Part shown: positions 59,643 to 64,000 of the stretch, piece by piece
Layout of the letters: each line of letters opens with the position of its first letter
Position numbering within the stretch: the first letter of the stretch is position 1
DNA from: Alphaproteobacteria bacterium
GTDB lineage: Bacteria; Pseudomonadota; Alphaproteobacteria; SP197
Assembly: GCA_964291265.2 (NCBI GenBank)
Contig: OZ219747.1
Span: 2,336,001 to 2,400,000, forward strand
Reading direction: 5' to 3'
DNA: 64,000 bases
Program-made: the position numbers and the translations under genes
Notes under the pieces: generated by a model
What the model was told of the DNA's origin: nothing
Seen by the model: the letters and a program-made list of their open reading frames with translations, nothing else
Database searches by the model: none

Positions 59643-61111
59643 ACGCCATGATTGATCTCTCTCGTCATGCCGGCAAGTCGATTGCAGTCTTCGGACTGGG
59701 AAAATCGGGCATCTCGGCTGCCCTGGCCCTTCAGAACGGCGGAGCCGAGGTCAGTGCGTGGGACGATGATCCGCTGCGCCGCGCCATGGCGGAAGACCTC
59801 GGCGTCACGCTCAACGATCTCTATCGCACCGAATGGGACGCCTTCACCAGTCTCGTGCTGTCTCCAGGCGTTCCACTGACCCATCCGGCTCCGCACCCCC
59901 TGGTGGCGCGGGCACTGATCACGAGGATTGAGATCGTCGGAGACATGGAGCTCTTCGCCAGGTCGCGGCCACCCGGCCGGGTGGTCGGAGTGACCGGCAC
60001 CAACGGCAAGTCGACGACATCGGCGCTCGTCACGCATCTGTTGAAGGCCGCTGGCCGGGAGGTTCAGCTGGGCGGCAACATCGGCGTCCCGGTGCTTGAT
60101 CTGGAAGCGGGAAGTGATGACGGGATCTACGTTCTCGAACTGTCATCCTTCCAGCTCGACCTCATCCGTTCCCTCATCAGCGATGTCGCCGTGTTGCTCA
60201 ACATCGCACCCGACCACATCGAACGCCACGGTGATTTCCCGAACTACATCGCCTCCAAGACGCGCATCTTCACCCGGCGCGCCTCGTCGCAGACGGCCGT
60301 CATCGGTGTCGACGACGACATTTGCCGGCGCATTCACTCCGAACTTGCCGGACGCCGCGGACGCACCGTCGTTCCGGTGTCGGCGCAGCGCGCCGCAAGG
60401 CGGGGTGTGTGGATTCACGAGGGCGTTCTCATCGACGACCTCAGGGGCCGGGCGGTCGAGATCGCGGACCTTGGCTCCCTGCCGTCGTTGCGGGGCGTCC
60501 ACAACATGCAGAACGCGGCAGCCGCCTATGCCGTGATCCGCACCCTCGGGGTCGATGGCAGGGACGTCGCCGATGCCTTTGCGACCTTCTCCGGACTGGC
60601 CCATCGCCAGGAGGTTGTTGCCGAAATCAACCGCGTGACCTTCGTCAACGACAGCAAGGCCACGAACGCCGAGTCAGCAGCCCGCGGACTGGCCTGTTTC
60701 GACAACATCTACTGGATCGCCGGCGGCCGCGCCAAGGACGGCGGCATCGCGACCCTGTCGGCCCACTTCCCGAGGATGGTCCATGCCTTCCTCATCGGCG
60801 AGGCGGCCGGCGCACTGGCGCAGACTCTCGACGGGCAGGTGCCCTTCACCAATTGCGGTGATCTGGAGAGCGCGGTTGCCAGGGCGACGGAGATGGCGCT
60901 CTCCGACCGGATGTCCAGGGCGGTTGTCCTGTTGTCGCCGGCCTGCGCCTCGTTCGATCAGTTCTCCAGCTTCGAGGAAAGAGGGGACCGGTTTCGCGAG
61001 CTTGTCCTCGCCGAGGCGAAGGGCCGCGCCGACATGCCGGTCACGGCCGCCAGGGCCGCCAGGGCGCCGGTGCGCAAGACGCGCTCGACAACCGGCAGGG
61101 GCGCCTCATGA
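59639..61111 (+). CDS. murD: UDP-MurNAc-L-Ala--D-Glu ligase
   Basis: [38 protein letters not shown]. Confidence 0.96.
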   Translation: MNAMIDLSRHAGKSIAVFGLGKSGISAALALQNGGAEVSAWDDDPLRRAMAEDLGVTLNDLYRTEWDAFTSLVLSPGVPLTHPAPHPLVARALITRIEIVGDMELFARSRPPGRVVGVTGTNGKSTTSALVTHLLKAAGREVQLGGNIGVPVLDLEAGSDDGIYVLELSSFQLDLIRSLISDVAVLLNIAPDHIERHGDFPNYIASKTRIFTRRASSQTAVIGVDDDICRRIHSELAGRRGRTVVPVSAQRAARRGVWIHEGVLIDDLRGRAVEIADLGSLPSLRGVHNMQNAAAAYAVIRTLGVDGRDVADAFATFSGLAHRQEVVAEINRVTFVNDSKATNAESAARGLACFDNIYWIAGGRAKDGGIATLSAHFPRMVHAFLIGEAAGALAQTLDGQVPFTNCGDLESAVARATEMALSDRMSRAVVLLSPACASFDQFSSFEERGDRFRELVLAEAKGRADMPVTAARAARAPVRKTRSTTGRGAS

Positions 61112-62229
61112 CCACCTTCGATCGCACTGACAGAAGCATGGTGGCCCGCTGGTGGTGGACCATCGATCGCTGGAACATGTCGGCCCTGTTCATCCTCATG
61201 GCCTTCGGAGCGATCCTGATTCTTGCCGCCAGTCCGCCGGTGGCCGAACGCATCGGTGTCGATGCCTTCCACTTTGCCGAGCGGCAGTTCCTGTTCCTGG
61301 TTCCGGCTGTGGCCTTCCTGGTGAGCCTGTCCCTGCTCGATCCCGTTCACGTCCGGCGGGCCGGTCTGGCCCTCATGATCGTCTCCCTCGTCCTGCTGGT
61401 CGTGACCCTGCTGGTCGCGGCCAGGACCAAGGGCGCACAACGCTGGATCCCGCTCGGCGTCTTTTCGCTCCAGGCGTCCGAGTTTGCCAAGCCGGCCCTT
61501 GCCATCACCACCGCATGGCTGCTGGCCGCGGGCCGGAATGTCCCCGGATTTCCGGGAATCCGGCTCTCGTGCGCCCTGACGGCGATCGTTGCCGTCCTGC
61601 TGGTCCTGCAGCCCGACTTCGGCACCACGTTCATCGTGCTGGCCGTCTGGGGCAGCCAGCTCTTCCTTGGCGGCCTGCCCTTCCTGGTGGTGGCCGCCGT
61701 CGCCGTGGCGGCGGTTCTCGGACTCTTCATCGGCTATCAGCAGTTCGACTACGTCAGGGACCGTATCAACGGCTTCTTCAATCCGGAATCCGTGGACACC
61801 TACCAGATCGAGATGTCGCTCCGGTCCTTCCGGTCCGGCGGCCTCAAGGGCCGCGGTCCGGGCGAGGGTGTCATCAAGGACCATCTGCCGGATGCCCACT
61901 CCGACTTCATCTTTGCCGTCGGCGGCGAGGAGTTCGGACTCATGGCCTGCCTGGTGCTGGTGTCGCTCTACGCCTTCGTCGCACTGCGCGGATTCATGCG
62001 CCTGCGTCACGAGAGGAATCTCTTCGTGCTCCTCGCCGTGTCCGGCCTCGTCATCCAGTTCGCCTTGCAGGCAGTGGTCAACATGGGGGTTTCCCTGAGG
62101 CTGCTGCCGACCACCGGAATGACCCTGCCCTTCGTGTCCTATGGTGGCTCCTCGCTGATCGCCATGGCCATCGGCATGGGCCTGATGCTCGCTTTGACGC
62201 GTCAGCGCCCGAACCGGGGGCGATCATGA
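61108..62229 (+). CDS. ftsW: SEDS peptidoglycan polymerase FtsW
   Basis: GAQRWI, QASEFAK, QPDFG, HSDFIF, LPFVSYGGSS. Confidence 0.96.
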   Translation: MTTFDRTDRSMVARWWWTIDRWNMSALFILMAFGAILILAASPPVAERIGVDAFHFAERQFLFLVPAVAFLVSLSLLDPVHVRRAGLALMIVSLVLLVVTLLVAARTKGAQRWIPLGVFSLQASEFAKPALAITTAWLLAAGRNVPGFPGIRLSCALTAIVAVLLVLQPDFGTTFIVLAVWGSQLFLGGLPFLVVAAVAVAAVLGLFIGYQQFDYVRDRINGFFNPESVDTYQIEMSLRSFRSGGLKGRGPGEGVIKDHLPDAHSDFIFAVGGEEFGLMACLVLVSLYAFVALRGFMRLRHERNLFVLLAVSGLVIQFALQAVVNMGVSLRLLPTTGMTLPFVSYGGSSLIAMAIGMGLMLALTRQRPNRGRS

Positions 62230-63350
62230 GTGCTCGTGTCATGATTGCGGCCGGTGGTACCGGGGGGCACCTGATTCCGGCACTCTGCGTTGCCGGTGAA
62301 CTGGTACGCCGGGGCCATCATGTCACGGCCGTGACCGACCGGCGCGGCGCCGCGCTGGCCCACCGGATCAGCGACATTCCGGTGCGCCAGGTGCGTGCGG
62401 CCAGTCCGTCGGGCCGGTCAGCCTTCGGCAGGGTCGCGGCCGGCTTCACCATGCTGGCCGGTTGTGCCGGCGCGCTCCGCCTGATCCATGCCGGAAAGCC
62501 GGCGGTCGTGGCCGGGTTCGGCGGCTATCCGACGATTCCCCCCCTTGCCGTCGCGCAGCTTCTGGGCCTGCCGGTGCTGATTCACGAGCAGAATGCCGTT
62601 CTCGGGCGGGCCAACCGCTTTCTCGCCCCCAGGGCCAGGGTGGTGGCCACCTCGTTCGCCGGGACGCAGCCGGCGGCGGCGCGGCGCACGGTCGCCGTGG
62701 GTGTTCCGGTTCGCGACGCCATTGCGGCTCTCAGCCGGGTCGCATACCGCCCCCCCGGACCTGCGGGACATGTCAATCTCCTGGTGGTCGGAGGGAGCCA
62801 GGGCGCTGGACTCTTCGGCACCCTGCTGCCCGCCGCCGGACAGTGCCTCGACGGATCCCTGCTGCGGCGCCTCAAGGTGGTGCAGCAGTGCCGGGAGGAA
62901 GATGTCGAGCGCACCGCGGCGGCCTGGCGAGCTCTCGGGGTGACGGCGACGGTGGCGCCCTTCTTCGAGGACATGGCCGGGCACCTCGCGCGGGCGCACC
63001 TGGTGGTGGCCCGGGCAGGAGCCTCGACCATAGCCGAGCTCGCCGTGTCGGGCCGGCCATCGGTCCTGGTGCCGTTTGCGGGGGCGGCGGACGACCACCA
63101 GACGGCGAACGCCGACGTTGTCGTCGGCGCCGGCGGCGGATGGCTCGTCGACGAGAGGGAAGCCGACGCCCGTTCCCTTGCCGCGCATCTTGATTCCCTC
63201 CTCACCTCGCCGGCGGCATTGGCGCGCGCTGCCGGCAACGTGCGCCGCCTCGCCCGCACCGATGCTGCCGCGGCGCTTGCCGAGGCGATCGAGAACCTTG
63301 CGGCCGGCAATGGCCGCGCCTGCCGGGTGCTGAAGGAGCAGGGGGCATGA
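62226..63350 (+). CDS. murG: Lipid II GlcNAc transferase
   Basis: [37 protein letters not shown]. Confidence 0.96.
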   Translation: MSARVMIAAGGTGGHLIPALCVAGELVRRGHHVTAVTDRRGAALAHRISDIPVRQVRAASPSGRSAFGRVAAGFTMLAGCAGALRLIHAGKPAVVAGFGGYPTIPPLAVAQLLGLPVLIHEQNAVLGRANRFLAPRARVVATSFAGTQPAAARRTVAVGVPVRDAIAALSRVAYRPPGPAGHVNLLVVGGSQGAGLFGTLLPAAGQCLDGSLLRRLKVVQQCREEDVERTAAAWRALGVTATVAPFFEDMAGHLARAHLVVARAGASTIAELAVSGRPSVLVPFAGAADDHQTANADVVVGAGGGWLVDEREADARSLAAHLDSLLTSPAALARAAGNVRRLARTDAAAALAEAIENLAAGNGRACRVLKEQGA

Positions 63351-64000
63351 TCTGCACACCGGACGCCATGGGACCCGTGCACTTCGTCGGCATCGGCGGC
63401 ATCGGCATGAGCGGCATCGCCGAAGTGCTGCACAACCAGGGCTACTCGATCCAGGGGTCCGACATGGCCGAAAGCGCCTCGGTGAAGCGGCTGCGCCGTC
63501 TCGGCATCCCGGTGGCCATCGGCCACTCCGGCGACAATGTCGAAAACGCGAGCGTGGTTGTCGTCTCCTCGGCCATCGCCGCCGACAACGTGGAAGTCGC
63601 CGAGGCGCGGCGCAGCTGGATCCCCGTCGTGCGCCGCGCCGAGATGCTGGGCGAGCTGATGCGCCCGGTCCACTCCATCGCGGTCAGCGGCACCCATGGC
63701 AAGACCACCACCACGTCGCTGGTGGGCTGGTTGCTGGAGTGCGCGGGTCTCGATCCGACGGTGATCAACGGCGGCATCGTCAACGCCTATGGCGCCAACA
63801 CCCGCATGGGCAAGGGCGGATGGATGGTGGCCGAAGCCGACGAGTCCGACGGCAGCTTCCTGCAGCTGCCGATGACCGTCGCGGTCGTCACCAACATCAA
63901 CCCCGAACACCTGGAGAGCTACGGGTCGTTCGACGCCGTGCGGGAGGCCTATGCGCGCTTCATCGGCAACATTCCGTTCCATGGCCTTGCCGTGCTGTGC
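63347..64000 (+). CDS. murC: UDP-MurNAc--L-Ala ligase (partial, runs off the window)
   Basis: [32 protein letters not shown]. Confidence 0.95.
   Translation, partial: MICTPDAMGPVHFVGIGGIGMSGIAEVLHNQGYSIQGSDMAESASVKRLRRLGIPVAIGHSGDNVENASVVVVSSAIAADNVEVAEARRSWIPVVRRAEMLGELMRPVHSIAVSGTHGKTTTTSLVGWLLECAGLDPTVINGGIVNAYGANTRMGKGGWMVAEADESDGSFLQLPMTVAVVTNINPEHLESYGSFDAVREAYARFIGNIPFHGLAVLC

Noticed and set aside
61152-63350. 732-aa FtsW-MurG fusion
   Set aside because: Extension is off-frame ftsW; murG starts at 62226
1-64000. CRISPR array, tRNA, rRNA, retron or prophage
   Set aside because: No spaced repeats, cloverleaf, cas, reverse transcriptase or virion genes seen by eye

Overview
High-GC bacterial DNA, probably alphaproteobacterial (inferred from gene order rnpB-mraZ-dcw and uvrC-pgsA-moeA-moaD-moaE). 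About 1-37960 is an accessory defence/mobile island. Its main structure is a ~28.7 kb integrated element bounded by an exact 12-bp direct repeat (CGCGGTAGGTGT, 2082-2093 and 30768-30779) that splits a DEAD/DEAH helicase gene right after motif II (DELHTYR|GRQGADVAML). The element carries two tandem tyrosine recombinases, a 2249-aa MobF relaxase-helicase, three tandem RHH genes, a SNF2/DUF1156/HEPN-DUF499 restriction-like system, an HNH gene and nested IS4 and IS1380 elements. Its right junction resembles a MobF oriT (hairpin plus nic-like sequence). The rest of the island holds intact and decayed AbiE and RelE TA loci and an internally deleted Type ISP enzyme. About 38560-64000 is core genome (Moco genes, pgsA, uvrC, peroxiredoxin, fhs, EF-G paralog, amidase, rnpB, dcw cluster), interrupted by a complete IS66 element carrying a Dam-family methyltransferase just upstream of the mraZ promoter. 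All family calls come from motif recognition by eye; no searches were run.
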